Shown one piece after another: positions 50,844 to 64,000 of a DNA stretch of 64,000 nucleotides (position 1 is its first letter; each line of letters starts with the position of its first letter). Location: the NCBI GenBank assembly GCA_965235115.1, contig OZ249436.1, positions 6,264,001-6,328,000 on the forward strand, written 5' to 3'. The notes under the pieces were generated by a model. That model saw only the letters and a program-made list of their open reading frames with translations. It made no database searches and was not told the DNA's origin. This stretch comes from Laetmonice hystrix. Taxonomy: Eukaryota. Made by a program: the position numbers and the translations under genes.

Positions 50844-51715
50844 AAGAAAAGACCATCGCCAGTCTGTATAGGCCAGGCACACATGCCGTGATATTCTAAG
50901 CAAGTTAAAAAATATTTGAACACAATTGGTGCTCAGATGGTTAAGATATAGGCACTTTAGTGCCGAAGGCTTCTTACAACCTGCTCAGCTGGTGAAGGCC
51001 GCCATTCCTTGGGCTAATCTCAAAGTGCGCATGCTCGCCCTAGGCGAGCATGCGCAGCACGACTGCTCTCCAGTTTGGGAGGAACTGAAAGCTGACGCAC
51101 CTGTTGCGTTGATCGATTTGGAAGGCAGCGAACGTTGACAGCTTATAAGCAAAATTTGTTAGAACATAGACGAAAACCATCGATAGTGATGAGTGATGAG
51201 CCTACCGATGTCAGGGGACATATCAGGGTGGACACGGATCTGGGCAGCCGTGGGTTTCGGCCGCCTGCATTCGTCCAACTTAGATTCGTGCATGCGTGTG
51301 AATGTTGACGGGAGCTTGGCCCCTGAGGCCCGGCGCCACTCTGACTACGACCGCGAGCAATGGCAGCTAGTGTCAGCATGGTCAGCGCACAGACCTGCTG
51401 CGTTTAGTTGTGACTGTGACTGTGACTGTGACTGTGGGACTGACCGCCGTCGATTTGCCACCCGCCTCGGCTGCTTTTAGTCTAGTATAGCCTAGCCCTG
51501 GCATGCAAAAGATTAGCCCTGGAACGTCACTTCCGGTCAGCCCAATAGCAACAAATGGCTGCGCTGCTGAAGCCAGTGATTTTGACACGGTTGTCATGTT
51601 CAATATATTACTTCTTGGAATAGGGGGGCATTTATTTCCAACCACTACTCTGAAGGGTGAGTATATATAGAGGCCTTGCAGCTGTCCAAATGTAATTTTT
51701 GACTGGTCTTCTCCT
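50844..51715. mobile_element. TTAA-site DNA element (Kolobok-like)
   Basis: TTAA|AAGAAAAGACCA ... TGGTCTTCTCCT|TTAC; absent at the paralogous site near 43068 (TAGTTAAGGACGC). Confidence 0.7.
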
Positions 51716-51894
51716 TTACGGACGCCTACGTGTAGCTTTCTTATAAGTTGTTGGTGACATTATTGCTCAATCTGTACTGATGGACAGTTCTATAATAACT
51801 TATGGTCATTCCCTGATTGGTTCGAGATGACATCATCCTACCATCGATGTGCCAATTTTAGATTTCCTATTGGAATCAGTAGCTTAAGCGTTTG

Positions 51895-52680
51895 TAGGGT
51901 GTCTAAAAAATGGTAATCCAAAATCAAATGCTTAATGTACGAAGAATATGGATATTGTAACAAAATGAGTATATGTATGTGAAGCAGAACCTACTACCCT
52001 CGCAGACGTGTCTTGTTTGTCTGCCTAGCGTCATGGTAAGCTGAGCACCATTGTCCAGAAAAGTTCCTCCAAAAAGAAGTGTTTGCCACTTTTGGATTGA
52101 AAGGCCAAAAGGCCATTGCATGATGAAAAGTGCTGGTGAAGATCCAACTTGGACAGGATTATGTCATCGTCAGTTGCAGAATATGGGTTGGAGTCCATTC
52201 ATGTGCAGTTCCAGTGACATATGGGTCACAGGTGTTTTAGGCATTCCAAGTCAAAAGCCAAACATGGTTCAACTGTCACTTGAACAGCGCGTATTCGTGG
52301 TGAAGACATTCCATGAAACAGGTAGCTTGGAAGCAACCCAAGATGCTTTCCGGCAACGTTTCACTGACAGAGATCCATCAGCTAAGAATATCGTAAATAA
52401 AATTAGTTGAGACAAAACATGTTTTCTATCCTCTTCATAGCGTCTGGTTTCCCTGCCAAAAGTCTGAATGGCCTGATTCAAAAGTGGTAAACATTGATTG
52501 TTGCTTGCCATTTTCAGGCCAATGGTGCTCAGTCATCCATGACCCCAGACCGCCGATCAAGATATGCTTTGGATGAAAGACGCTTCTACTTTATGATGCA
52601 CATCCCTATGTAGCTGCAGGATCCACACTTTTAATATGCGACCCATTTAATTTTGGATTACCATTTTTTGAGACACCCTA
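51895..52680 (+). mobile_element. internally deleted Tc1/mariner element with both TIRs
   Basis: TAGGGTGTCTAAAAAATGGTAATCCAAAA ... TTTTGGATTACCATTTTTTGAGACACCCTA|TA. N-terminal transposase HTH fragment (DUF4817-like) at 52264-52410; no DDE domain. Confidence 0.78.
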
Positions 52681-54006
52681 TACTCGTGTATATCCTGTAA
52701 ACTTCACTCTGCCGGGTAGTTTTCAACTACCAAGTTACCGTGATTACCCGACATCGACATGGTCTTCATAGCAACTCGTCGTTTGTTCGTGTCCTGGCGT
52801 CATGTCAACCTGAGCTGTTTTAACAGTCATCATTATATTTCTAACTATATATTAATCCACGCGTGACGGTGACCCCGGGAGGTTTTGGCCGGGTCCTTCC
52901 GAGGAAACCCTTACACTCCGTCGTACAGCCGAGACATAACGAAGTCGGTCGATAGTGAGCCGAGTCAGTGACAGGGATAGGGAACGGTTGGGTGTGTGTG
53001 TGTGCGTATGTATATACCTCCAACGGAGGACTTTCGTAGGGTTACACACCTTCGAAACGAGGACCCACTCCAAATGGGGACGTCCCCACTTGGAAATAGC
53101 TTGAGAAGAGGCTTTCTTCAAATTTCCCGCGTCAGAATTTGTCTAAAAATAGCATTTTCAGGCCCTGTCCTCGCTGAGAGGAATTCTTCATCTCTGATAA
53201 ACATCCTCATTTGGCACAGAAATATTACTGACACACTCCGCCATGACAGGTCCTCCTTTAGTCAATACAATTCCTCATAAGCGTTGACTCGCTAGGTGGC
53301 GATGGACGTCCTCGTTTGGTCAAGAGCTAGTCAGTGTACGCACTGACTCGCTAGGTGGCGCTACACGTCCTCACTTAGTTGATACAAATTCATAGCAAGG
53401 CCTGAACGGGCCAGACCTATAATTCCATCAAAGATGAGGAAATATGCACATTTATTTCTGCAATCTTCACTCGTCTATAAAGGTTTAATTGGGATGTTTG
53501 GCAGGTTTGGTTGAAATATCTTGATTTCTTCAACCAGTATGTCGACCTACAGGCACCTATGCCTACTCTTGGTAGAAAATAATCATGGATAATACAATAT
53601 TATTGTATGCCAAAATCTTCTTCCTAGAAAGTCACCGGAATTTGAAGAAATATTTTCGATAGGGCAAGTCTAGATTAAAATCTGGCTGATCATTCAGAAA
53701 TGCTCTTGTACCCATAAGATGGGACTAAAGTGGATAGGCCTATCCTTGTCATAATTCTAGAACGGTCCATCACAGAAGTTTCATTTATTGAAGTAGACAT
53801 ATCAATAGGCCGAATAGTCATCTTTATACTGCAGGGATTGCTAAAAAAACTGTAATGAACACATTCTTGTGATTGGCACTTTGTAAATTCGTAACTGTGA
53901 TTAGTTTTGGTGACCAAGCTCTACATTTTAGTGCAGGTTTTGTTGATAGACTCTAATTGCTCATTAACCCCCTAATTAGAGCTAATTAGAGTCATTATTA
54001 AGCACA

Positions 54007-57000
54007 CTTTCCTCCAGAAATGGCGTTCGTAAGTGACAGGGGGTTGGGTGTCTGTAACCCCCCCTAGGTGCCAAATATTTCTTCTTTAGGCTTTTTAGGT
54101 CCTAACTAATACTTGGATCCGTCCACTGTAACCCCCCCCCCCGCACCAATTAACCCCCCCCCCCCCACTGTACTAATCTCTGGGCACGGCCCAGAGTGAC
54201 GGGTTTCCAATTGATGAAGAAATGTTGCATGGACTCAAATTGCTAATTAAAAGTGATTTTTTGGGTACTTTGAGTGACCCCCAGCTTAATCCACCCGATG
54301 CAGAACTTAAGAATCAACTTTCCGAGATCCCACCCCCTCCCCAACATATTCCACGTCTCAAACCTTTTGGACTCAAATTGCTAATTAAACCCCTGTGGGC
54401 TCCCCGACTATTCGGCCTAGGCCTACTGATGCAGCTGGTCCTATTTTAATTAGGCCTGGTCCTGAAAGTGGACCTTTTCACTACTACATGCTTTGTAAAT
54501 GAGGGCATTAATAATTACTAAAGTAAATTAAATGTCGTATCATAAATCATCTACTACACCATGAACAAATTTGTTTCTATGTCATATTTCAACTGTATCC
54601 AGATTCGTGTCCTCGGTTAGACATGTGTCTAACCGAGAACCCTCTAGGTATGTCCTCGGTTAGACATGTGTTAAGTTCTCATGTCCTCGGTTTGAATGTG
54701 TGTAAAGTCCAGGGTAAGTTTAGCTTCCGTCTAACCGAGAACCCTCTATGTATGTCCTCGGTTAGACATGTGTTAAGATCTCATGTCCTCGGTTTGAATG
54801 TGTGTAAAGTCCAGGGTAAGTTTAGCTTCCGTCTAACCGAGAACCCTCTATGTATGTCCTCGGTTCGACATGTGTTAAGATTTCATGTCCTCGGTTTGAA
54901 TGTGTGTAAGGTCCACGGTAAGTTTAGCTTCCGTCTAACCGAGAACCCTCTGTCCTCATGTCCTCGTTTAGGAACTGTGTAAGTCCATGTACAGCAAGAT
55001 TAGCTCAAGTCGAACCGGGAGCCCTCTGTATATGTTCTCGGTTAGACGTGTGTAAGTGCTTCCCTGCCATCGCCCTCCCACCCAATAGTTTCTTGGCTAC
55101 TCCCACCAACATTCCATCGCCCTCCCACCCAATAGTTTCTTGGCTACTCCCGTCAACATTCCATCGCCCTCCCACCCATCCACAGTTTCTTGGCTACTCC
55201 CACCAACATTCCATCGCCTTCCCACCCAATAGTTTCTTGGCTACTCCCGCCAACATTCCATCGCCCTCCCACCCAACAGTTTCTTGGCTACCCCCGCCAA
55301 CATTCCATCGCCCTCCCACCCAACAGTTTCTTGGCTACTCCCGCCAACATTCCATCGCCCTCCCACCCAATAGTTTCTTGGCTACTCCCGCCAACATTCC
55401 ATCGCCCTCCCACCCATCCACAGTTTCTTGGCTACTCCCACCAACATCCCATCGCCCTCCCACCCAATAGTTTCTTGGCTACTCCCACCAACATTCCATC
55501 GCCCTCCCACCCAACAGTTTCTTGGCTACCCCCGCCAACATTCCATCGCCCTCCCACCCAATAGTTTCTTGGCTACTCCCGCCAACATTCCATCGCCCTC
55601 CCACCCAATAGTTTCTTGGCTACTCCCACCAACATTCCATCGCCCTCCCACCCAATAGTTTCTTGGCTACTCCCGCCAACATTCCATCGCCCTCCCACCC
55701 AATAGTTTCTTGGCTACTCCCACCAACATTCCATCGCCCTCCCACCCAACAGTTTCTTGGCTACTCCCGCCAACATTCCATCGCCCTCCCACCCAATAGT
55801 TTCTTGGCTACCCCCGCCAACATTCCATCGCCCTCCCACCCAACAGTTTCTTGGCTACCCCCGTCAACATTCCATCGCCCTGCCGCCCCACAATTTCTTG
55901 GCTACTCCCACCCATATTTAATCGGCTATCCGCCCCCAGTTCCTTGGCCACCCGGGGCCCCTGCCAAAATTCCATCGGCTACCCGCCCCACAGTCCATCT
56001 CCCGCATACATTCAACTGCTCTTAGCTGGAGTACCGTGCTTGACAACCCACCTTTCCTCCAGAAATGGCGTTCGTAAGTGACAGGCAGGTTGGGTGTCTG
56101 TAACTCCCCCCCCCCCCTAGGTGCCAAAGATTTCTTTTTTAGGCTTTTTATGCCCTAACTAATACTTGGATCCTTCCACTGTAAACCCCCCCCCCCCTGC
56201 ACCAATTAACCACCCCTGTACTAATCTCTGGGCACGGCCCTGAGTGACGGGTTTCCAATCCATACATTATAATTGATAAATTGGTCAGAAATGTTGCATG
56301 GACTCAAATTGCTAATTAAAAGTGATTTTTAGGTAGTTTGAGTGACCTCCGGCTTAATCTACCAGATGCAGAACTTAAGAATCAACTTTCCGAGATCCCA
56401 TTAATCGGCATTAATAATTACTAAAGTAAATTAAATGCCATATCATAAATCATCTACTACACCATGCAGTAGCGTACCCAGGGGAGTGCTTGGGGTGCTC
56501 AAGCACCCCGCTCAATTTGCCCAATTTTTTTTGGTGCGCTTGGTGCATACAACCCCCTCACAATTTGCAGCGCCTACGACGTTGGTTATTTCCAGCACCC
56601 CCCTGGGTCCAGTTTCTGGGTACTCCACTGCATGAACAAATTTGTTTCTATGTCATATTTCAACTGTATCCAGATTCGTGTCCTCGGTTAGACATGTTAG
56701 ACATAACCGAGAACCCTCTATGTATATCCTCGGTTAGATGTGTATAAAGTCCTCATGTCTTCGGTTTGAATGTGTGTAAAGTCCACGGTAAGTTTAGCTT
56801 CCGTCTAACCGAGAACCCTCTATGTATGTCCTCGGTTAGACATGTGTTAAGATTTCTTGAGATTTCATGTCCTCGGTTTGAATGTGTGTAAAGTCCACGG
56901 TAAGTTTAGCTTCCGTCTAACCGAGAACCCTCTGTCCTCATGTCCTCGTTTAGGAACTGTGTAAGTCCATGTACAGCAAGATTAGTTCAAGTCGAACCGG

Positions 57001-59875
57001 GAGCCCTCTGTATATGTTCTCGGTTAGACGTGTGTAAGTGCTTCCCTGCCATCGTCTTCCCGCCCCAGTTTCTTGGCTACTCCCGCCAACATTCCATCGC
57101 CCTCCCACCCAATAGTTTCTTGGCTACTCCCACCAACATTCCATCGCCCTCCCACCCAATAGTTTCTTGGCTACTCCCGCCAACATTCCATCTCCCTCCC
57201 ACCCAATAGTATCTTGGCTACTCCCGTCAACATTCCATCGCCCTCCCACCCAACAGTTTCTTGGCTACCCCCGCCAACATTCCATCGCCCTCCCACACAA
57301 CAGTTTCTTGGCTACTCCCGCCAACATTCCATCGCCCTCCCACCCAATAGTTTCTTGGCTACTCCCGCCAACATTCCATCTCCCTCCCACCCAATAGTTT
57401 CTTGGCTACTCCCACCAACATTCCATCGCCCTCCCACCCAATAGTTTCTTGGCTACCCCCGCCAACATTCCATCGCCCTCCCACCCAACAGTTTCTTGGC
57501 TACCCCCGTCAACATTCCATCGCCCTGCCGCCCCACAATTTCTTGGCTACTCCCACCCATATTTAATCGGCTATCCGCCCCCAGTTCCTTGGCCACCCGG
57601 GGCCCCTGCCAAAATTCCATCGGCTACCCGCCCCACAGTCCATCTCCCGCATACATTCAACTGCTCTTAGCTGGAGTACCGTGCTTGACAACCCACCTTT
57701 CCTCCAGAAATGGCGTTCGTAAGTGACAGGCAGGTTGGGTGTCTGTAACTCCCCCCCCCCCCCCTAGGTGCCAAAGATTTCTTTTTTAGGCTTTTTATGC
57801 CCTAACTAATACTTGGATCCTTCCACTGTAAACCCCCCCCCTGCACCAATTAACCACCCCTGTACTAATCTCTGGGCACGGCCCTGAGTGACGGGTTTCC
57901 AATCCATACATTATAATTGATAAATTGGTCAGAAATGTTGCATGGACTCAAATTGCTAATTAAAAGTGATTTTTAGGTAGTTTGAGTGACCTCCGGCTTA
58001 ATCTACCAGATGCAGAACTTAAGAATCAACTTTCCGAGATCCCATTAATCGGCATTAATAATTACTAAAGTAAATTAAATGCCATATCATAAATCATCTA
58101 CTACACCATGCAGTAGCGTACCCAGGGGAGTGCTTGGGGTGCTCAAGCACCCCGCTCAATTTGCCCAATTTTTTTTGGTGCGCTTGGTGCATACAACCCC
58201 CTCACAATTTGCAGCGCCTACGACGTTGGTTATTTCCAGCACCCCCCTGGGTCCAGTTTCTGGGTACTCCACTGCATGAACAAATTTGTTTCTATGTCAT
58301 ATTTCAACTGTATCCAGATTCGTGTCCTCGGTTAGACATGTTAGACATAACCGAGAACCCTCTATGTATGGCCTCGGTTAGACATGTGTTAAGATTTCTT
58401 AAGATTTCATGTCCTCGGTTTGAATGTGTGTAAAGTCCACGGTAAGTTTAGCTTCCGTCTAACCGAGAACCCTCTGTCCTCATGTCCTCGTTTAGGAACT
58501 GTGTAAGTCCATGTACAGCAAGATTAGTTCAAGTCGAACCGGGAGCCCTCTGTATATGTTCTCGGTTAGACGGGTATAAGTGCTTCCCTGCCATCGTCTT
58601 CCCGCCCCAGTTTCTTGGCTACTCCCGCCAACATTCCATCGCCCTCCCACCCAATAGTTTCTTGGCTACTCCCACCAACATTCCATCGCCCTCCCACCCA
58701 GTAGTTTCTTGGCTACTCCCACCAACATTCCATCGCCCTCCCACCCAATAGTTTCTTGGCTACTCCCGCCAACATTCCATCGCCCTCCCCCCCCCCCAAT
58801 AGTTTCTTGGCTACTCCCGCCAACATTCCATCGCCCTCCCACCCAACAGTTTCTTGGCTACTCCCTCCAACATTCCATCGCCCTCCCACCCAACAGTTTC
58901 TTGGCTATTCCCGCCAACATTCCATCGCCCTCCCACCCAATAGTTTCTTGGCTACTCCCGCCAACATTCCATCACCCTCCCACCCAATAGTTTCTTGGCT
59001 ACTCCCGCCAACATTCCATCGCCCTCCCCCCCCCCCAATAGTTTCTTGGCTACTCCCGCCAACATTCCATCGCCCTCCCACCCAACAGTTTCTTGGCTAC
59101 TCCCGCCAACATTCCATCTCCCTCCCACCCAATAGTTTCTTGGCTACTCCCGTCAACATTCCATCGCCCTCCCACCCATGCACAGTTTCTTGGCTACTCC
59201 CGCCAACATTCCATCGCCCTCCCACCCAATAGTTTCTTGGCTACTCCCGCCAACATTCCATCACCCTCCCACCCAATAGTTTCTTGGCTACTCCCGCCAA
59301 CATTCCATCGCCCTCCCCCCCCCCCCCCCCAATAGTTTCTTGGCTACTCCCGCCACCATTCCATCGCCCTCCCACCCAACAGTGTCTTGGCTACTCCCGC
59401 CAACATGCCATCGCCCTCCCACCCAATAGTTTCTTGGCTACTCCCGCCAACATGCCATCGCCCTCCCACAAAATAGTTTCTTGGCTACTCCCGCCAACAT
59501 TCCATCGCCCTCCCACCCAACAGTTTCTTGGCTACTCCCGCCAACATTCCATCGCCCTCCCACCCAGTAGTTTCTTGGCTACTCCCACCAACATTCCATC
59601 GCCCTCCCACCCAGTAGTTTCTTGGCTACTCCCGCCAACATTCCATCGCCCTCCCACGCAACAGTTTCTTGGCTACCCCCGCCAACATTCCATCGCCCTG
59701 CCGCCCCACAATTTCTTGGCTACTCCCACCCATATTTAATCGGCTATCCGCCCCCCCCCCCAGTTCCTTGGCCACCCGGGGCCCCTGCCAAAATTCCATC
59801 GGCTACCCGCCCCACAGTCCATCTCCCGCATACATTTAACAGCTCTCAGCTGGAGTCTGGCTGGACAACCCACCT
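54007..59875. repeat. higher-order tandem repeat: 3 units of ~1.6-2.2 kb, each with a 47-bp minisatellite and a ~100-bp subrepeat
   Basis: Unit start CTTTCCTCCAGAAATGGCGTTCG at ~54007, 56052 and 57697; 47-bp unit CCAACATTCCATCGCCCTCCCACCCAATAGTTTCTTGGCTACTCCCG. Confidence 0.92.
56467..56630. mobile_element. 164-bp CAGT...ACTG MITE (also 58111-58274; relative at ~61481-61622)
   Basis: CAGTAGCGTACCCAGG ... CTGGGTACTCCACTG inserted at CATG; unit 1 shows the empty site CTACACCATGAAC (~54555). Confidence 0.8.
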
Positions 59876-61756
59876 AACGAGTGAGTGTCGAGGCAGCATG
59901 CTGTTGGACTGGATTGCCACCACGGACTGGAGCAAATATATTGGTATAGCCGTGACCATCAGGGTTTCCGCCAGAAAATAATTAATGGGGGGGGGCGGGC
60001 GAGCTCGCCGAAGGCGTGCCGGAACGGGGGTCTGGGGGCTGTCCCCCAGAAAAAAAAATTCAGGAACTCCGGAGATGCGTTTTCCTGGCCTCTCAGAGCG
60101 AGAATCTTCACTAAATCTACCACCAAAAAATCCACAATCATTACGCCAAAAACACAAAATTGGCAGTGACAGCAAACAGAATCATACCAACGTTTTATAA
60201 ATGCATCATTACAATATTATTCGACATCAGAAGGGAGGATTGTCAGGATTATTCATAGACATTTCGTTGTCGACGTTAAAACTATGTTCAGATACCTTAA
60301 AAAAAACACTGCTCTGCAGATTGATGTGGAGGGGGGATATCCCCCTCATGTCCCAATCATGGGGGGGGGGGATACATCCCCCCGTCACAACATTGACGGC
60401 ATCCCTTGTACCTCTCGTCATCAATATAATTATTATGGATTGAGTTCAGGTCGTTTTTCTGGTATTGCCCCCAGCTATACGACACCGAGCCCATAGGCCT
60501 ACCACATTCTGGCTACCCGCCCCACAGTCACTTGGCCACTCCCGCATACATTCCACCGGCTATCCCACCCACCCACTCCAGTCATTTGGCTAATCCTTCT
60601 TTTTGGATCCTCGGATCTGAATAAGTGTAAAATCTCTAGTGTTATACTACAGGCCCACATTCCCTACTCTCCAGTCCACTCTCCTCCTTGTTCACATTCC
60701 CTTGGATCTTCAGCTGACAAAACACGACTTCTAATCACGTTTTGGCCACTTCGAGATATATTTTTGACACATTTAATTAAGTCTGCGTCTATAGGGTAAC
60801 TGTGCCGAGTCTGAGCACCTTAACTAATTGGTTAGGATTTTCCCCTAAATCTCAAACGAAACTTATCCAAAATGGTCTGTATACAATACCTATCACAGGG
60901 GTATACGATAACATGTCATTTTTGCATCAGTATCGCACAATAGGTTGTGTCGGAAAAAAATAAAATTTATTAAAAGTGCTCATACTAGGCACATCAAATC
61001 GTATGAGCATACTCGTATTACCATATGATATTCATATACTGAGGAAACATGCGGGGAGGGGGGATAATTGCTGATAATGGAGCGTCAAGCCTATTTAAGG
61101 GAATAGGGCCTATTATTTTGATAGTTAGGGGACTAGTGAACCAATTACGGGGGCAATTATGCGAGGCACAAATTCAGAAAACTCACAAAATGACAATATC
61201 ACAAAATGGCAAAACATCACAAAAATTCACATCACAAAATGGCAAAATCACATCACAAAATGGCAAAAATCACATCACAAAATCGACCCATTAAAATCCC
61301 GTATTCATGTTTTTAATACAGGTGTATGCACCCTACCTACGATGGGGTAACTGAAAAGACAACCTAGGTCTAGCTCACTTGTGTATCCGGAGTTGAGACG
61401 ACAGCGGCGTCCTTTCTAGATGTCCTGAAAGAAAACTAATTCTAGCTACCTTGCTGAGCCTGTGTAGAGACGGTTGACACAGTGGCGTACTCAGGGAAGG
61501 GGGGGGGGGCTCGGGGGCCTCAATCACCCACCTGAATTTGCTGTCTTTTTTTAGTAATTGGCAGTGCCCTCGCTTGGCGATGATACAGCACCCCCTGGGT
61601 CCAGTTTCTGAGTACGCCATTGTGACCGGAGTCCTTTCTAGATGACCTGGTCCTGGAAGAAAAAGTTAGCTCGCCTTACCTGTCGATGCAAGTCCCTCCT
61701 CATATGGCAAATCCAAAAGTTTGTAGTAAATCCAATTTACGGCATTTAGACCTTGG

Positions 61757-63421
61757 TGCACACACTGACAAACCGAGGACCCACTCCAAGTGGGGACATT
61801 AACCTCGACAAAGATGTCGTTATGATATCCTCTGGATAATACGCATACCAGTCCGGGGTGGTATAAAGATCGACCAAGACCAACTGAGGGGGGTCGTTAC
61901 AGCAGCAGGTATGTCATGGTAGCTGTGTCACTGGTCAACATAAGTTTCTTATTCTTGGCGGCCGCCACATAAATAAGTGGCGGCCGCCACATGGTAACTG
62001 GCGGCTGCCACATAATTATGTGGTGGTCACTATGTAAAATATATACACACTGTGGCACCAACGGGCTTCCGTAGAATTGGGACAAAAGGCCGGTTTATAG
62101 TCTGATTTATGGTCGGCCGATGGTCGGTCGACGGACTATAAACCGGCCTTAAGGCACGTGCCTTCTGGAACTCCATATAACCCAGGGAATACCTTACTCA
62201 GATAACAGAAAGGACATTAACCAGTAATTTTTTTAATAGTTATTGCATAAGTCTAGACGTGAACACACACATTCATTGCATAAAGGTGGGGGCATGCCTG
62301 AAATCCTGAAGGAGGGCATCCTTTACATTAATATCGGTCAATCTCAATCTCCTATGATAGGCAAGCAGGGGGCGCAATCCCTCCTAAACACCACACCCAT
62401 AAGTTACTACTCCAAATGAGCACATTTACAGATGCACTCCAAATTGACAACCGAAAGGACGTGCAGCCAGAAAGGTGATGAAAAGATTTTCGAAGGTTTA
62501 TCTGACCAGCAAAGAGAGGCCTCAATAAACGGTCTGGTGGATGTGGGGCGAGGGCTGGTAGGGCAGTAGAGAAAATACAAAGGCTTCGAAAAGGAACATG
62601 AGGGGGTATTTGTTGAGAAAAATCGGACTTTCCTCTACATTATTATCATAACATACGGCAATGTACAATTCATGTGCAACCTTCTTGGATGGATGTATAC
62701 TTAGGACCTGAACAAGCGAGGACAGAGACACACTCCGTCATGTCCGCAACCAAGGTTCTGCATATGTACTCCCAATGGGAGGACTTTGGCAACCAAGGAC
62801 ACGGCAAAATGGGGACAATCAGGGCCCGTTGTTTTGTTGGGTGGGCAAGAGTATGAGTGAGTTGCATGAGTCTCTCTCTCTCTCTCTCTCTGTCTCTGTC
62901 TCTCTCTGTCTCTGCCTCTGTCTCTCTCTCTCTGTCTCTGTCTCTCTGTCTCTCTGTCTCTCTCTCTCTCTCTCTCTCGCATGAGTCTCTCTCTCTCTCT
63001 CTCTTAATAATGCTCTGTATTTTAGTAATTCTTTGTTGAAACCTAGTCTAAACTTATCTGGATCAGTGACACAGCTACCATGATACCTGCTGCTGTAACG
63101 AATCCCTCAGTTGGTCTTGGGTTGATCTTTCGAGGTCCGTACTGCAGTAATCCTCCCGCCATCATCGGTTTGACTTGACCTAGGCTACATCCGGGTAATT
63201 CCAGACTTCCGGTAACCGTGAGTCGGATATATAGTGTCCGTATATCTCATACACGAAACAGTTTTATCCATTACGTCTTTTACCTGCACTATTTAATATT
63301 TTATTCTAAATCTTGGTATGTGTATTGTCTATACAGTTACTGCCAGACGATATCATAATGCCATCTTTGTCGAGGTTAATGTCTCCACTTGGAGTGGGTC
63401 CTCGGTTTGTCAGTGTGTGCA
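61757..63421. repeat. inverted repeat pair enclosing ~1.1 kb
   Basis: 61757-~61850 matches the reverse complement of ~63315-63421, and ~61866-61933 matches the reverse complement of ~63064-63130. Confidence 0.75.
62871..63004. repeat. (CT)n/(CTGT)n microsatellite
   Basis: Directly visible. Confidence 0.93.
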
Positions 63422-64000
63422 TCAAGAAAGCCTAAACAAAAGAACGTGTATTACTTTCCAAATGGGGACTATGACTAAAAACATTGAATTCCAAAGTGTG
63501 ACGAGGGTAATACGGATTCGGAGGTGGTAGAGTCCTAACAAAGTAAATCGAAAAATACTGTTGTCAAAATGAGCATAGAAACGGTTTCCTGTAAAGAACT
63601 GTCATACGGTTAAAGACAACGATTCTAGTTACATAATACATTATAACCTTTTTTTAAATTAAACGTTAAACCTGGCAGAACCAGAACAAGAACAGGTCAT
63701 AGCCCCAAAATGATATACCTGTATAATGTCTATTTGATGCAGCAGGATATGATAGCAAAAACGACTTACAGAAAACCGATATAGTGATTCCTAACATGCG
63801 CCTGACCTCAATTGACCTTGAAAGGTCAGCTCAATGTAAAATATAATGGTGTCAAAAGATTCCGTCACGTGACCGAAAAACTAATGGTGCCAGAGGGAAA
63901 AGCATATATAGGTATATATAAAGAGAAGAGTTATGGCTCACTGAACATATTGATGGCGTCACTGTGACGTCATGGGTCACGTGACCGAAAAAACAATGGT

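Noticed and set aside
54958..59981. Proline-rich ORFs
   Set aside because: The 47-bp unit is not a multiple of 3, frames cycle with frequent stops, and there is no gene structure.

Overview
Eukaryotic (animal) genomic DNA, repeat-rich with spliceosomal introns; an invertebrate, possibly lophotrochozoan, is my inference. The ORF track hides the real genes, so I rebuilt them from GT-AG boundaries and intron phase. (1) A 9-exon minus-strand aldo-keto-reductase-fold gene (22331->9619, 293 aa) has lost 3 of 4 catalytic residues. Its exon-7 donor is amplified into 25 in-frame copies by a 39-bp array. (2) A putative 3-exon plus-strand prepropeptide gene (28167->38208, 101 aa) is predicted to release an amidated peptide, HDWEKLKDYFSLLGY-NH2, that I cannot assign to a family. 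(3) A tandem family of secreted, stand-alone Vps62/DUF946-like proteins has two complete 4-exon genes (214 aa) and a headless copy made by a near-identical 3,660-bp duplication. Signal peptides are identical while the mature domain shows a strong non-synonymous excess. The window also holds four tRNA genes (Gln-CTG, Ala-CGC, 2x Leu-AAG), a tRNA-derived V-type SINE, TTAA-flanked Kolobok-like MITEs (some with empty sites in the paralogous segment), a 10-bp-TSD element, a Tc1/mariner remnant, many mini- and microsatellites and a higher-order repeat at 54-60 kb.
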